Below are positions 63,531 through 64,000 of a DNA stretch of 64,000 nucleotides, one piece after another. Under the pieces are notes generated by a model, which ran no database searches, was not told the origin of the DNA, and saw nothing but the letters and a program-made list of their open reading frames with translations. Position 1 is the first letter of the stretch. Each line of letters starts with the position of its first letter. The stretch is from an uncultured Phycisphaerales bacterium. GTDB lineage: Bacteria; Planctomycetota; Phycisphaerae; Tepidisphaerales; Tepidisphaeraceae. Where the stretch lies: assembly GCA_963844715.1 (NCBI GenBank), contig CAWJPJ010000006.1, forward strand, positions 1,056,001 to 1,120,000. The letters run 5' to 3'. The translations under genes were made by a program, and so were the position numbers.

Positions 63531-64000
63531 TCACCGCGTCGTATACCCGGCGTACATGGACTTCATCGCCTCGAACATCGCATCGCGAATCACCGAACTC
63601 GTCAGGCTCAACCCGACGATGATCACAACCGTTCCGATCAATCCGCGCAGAGCGATTCCCGCGGTCATGATGTTCAACTGCGGCACGGTCTTTCCGACAA
63701 ATCCAAGAATGAGATCGACCACCAGCATCGTCACCAGCACCGGCGCGGCCAGTTGCATCGCCAGCTTCGTGGCCCCGCCGAACAGCCCGATCATCGTCGC
63801 GAAAACCGGCCGATTGATTCCAACTGAAAGCAGCGGCAGGGACGTAAAGCTGTCGTGCACGCCGCGCAGCATGGCGCGGTCTCCGTCGATCGCGATGAAG
63901 ATCATCAAAGTCAGGAAGTAATAGACGTCGCCGATCATCGACCCGTGCGCCCCGAATTGCGGATCGAACGTCTCGCCGAGATTCAGCCCCATTTGCTGTC
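63531..64000 (-). CDS. fliR: Flagellar export protein FliR (5' part outside the window)
   Basis: QMGLN..FDP, LAAPV, KTVPQLNI; directly upstream of flhB. Confidence 0.9.
   Translation of the reverse strand, partial: QQMGLNLGETFDPQFGAHGSMIGDVYYFLTLMIFIAIDGDRAMLRGVHDSFTSLPLLSVGINRPVFATMIGLFGGATKLAMQLAAPVLVTMLVVDLILGFVGKTVPQLNIMTAGIALRGLIGTVVIIVGLSLTSSVIRDAMFEAMKSMYAGYTTR

Noticed and set aside
1..64000. Widespread frameshifts suggesting mass pseudogenisation or programmed frameshifting
   Set aside because: They also hit housekeeping genes (dapF, adk, flhF) as isolated single-base indels without other decay, typical of unpolished long-read assembly

Overview
GC-rich bacterial chromosome segment, most likely a planctomycete (a LEPR-XLL-type surface protein, PEP-CTERM proteins, CCCTCTCCC-type palindromic repeats). 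Many genes, including housekeeping ones, are split by single-base indels, which points to long-read assembly error rather than real pseudogenes. Contents in order: ABC-F ATPase, adenylate kinase, two sigma-54 enhancer-binding proteins, a diguanylate cyclase, three PEP-CTERM genes plus a PEP-CTERM-type CAAX protease, seven TPR+GT41 (OGT/SPINDLY/FlmG-like) glycosyltransferases in two tandem arrays (4 behind dapF, 3 behind a fliR-flhB-flhA-flhF-flhG-fliA flagellar block), a Maf-like/GT-B/hldE glycosylation block, cysteine desulfurase, lipB, an ABC exporter, a plant-type glucuronokinase, polX, two pseudo-receiver genes, imuA-imuB-dnaE2, queD, a ~1,900-aa repeat surface protein, a GT2 and tRNA-Ser(UGA). 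The most striking unannotated signal is non-coding. An ORF-less sigma-54 transcription unit (about 9079-9219) copies both the enhancer/promoter architecture and the 62-bp C-rich 3' end of the neighbouring PEP-CTERM gene, and that 3' end is complementary to leaders/ribosome-binding sites of other surface-protein genes 25-40 kb away. This suggests an sRNA circuit controlling cell-surface proteins (inference). Also notable: a GGA-rich CsrB-like intergenic RNA, a second ~65-nt sRNA candidate, and palindromic repeats inserted in frame inside dnaE2.
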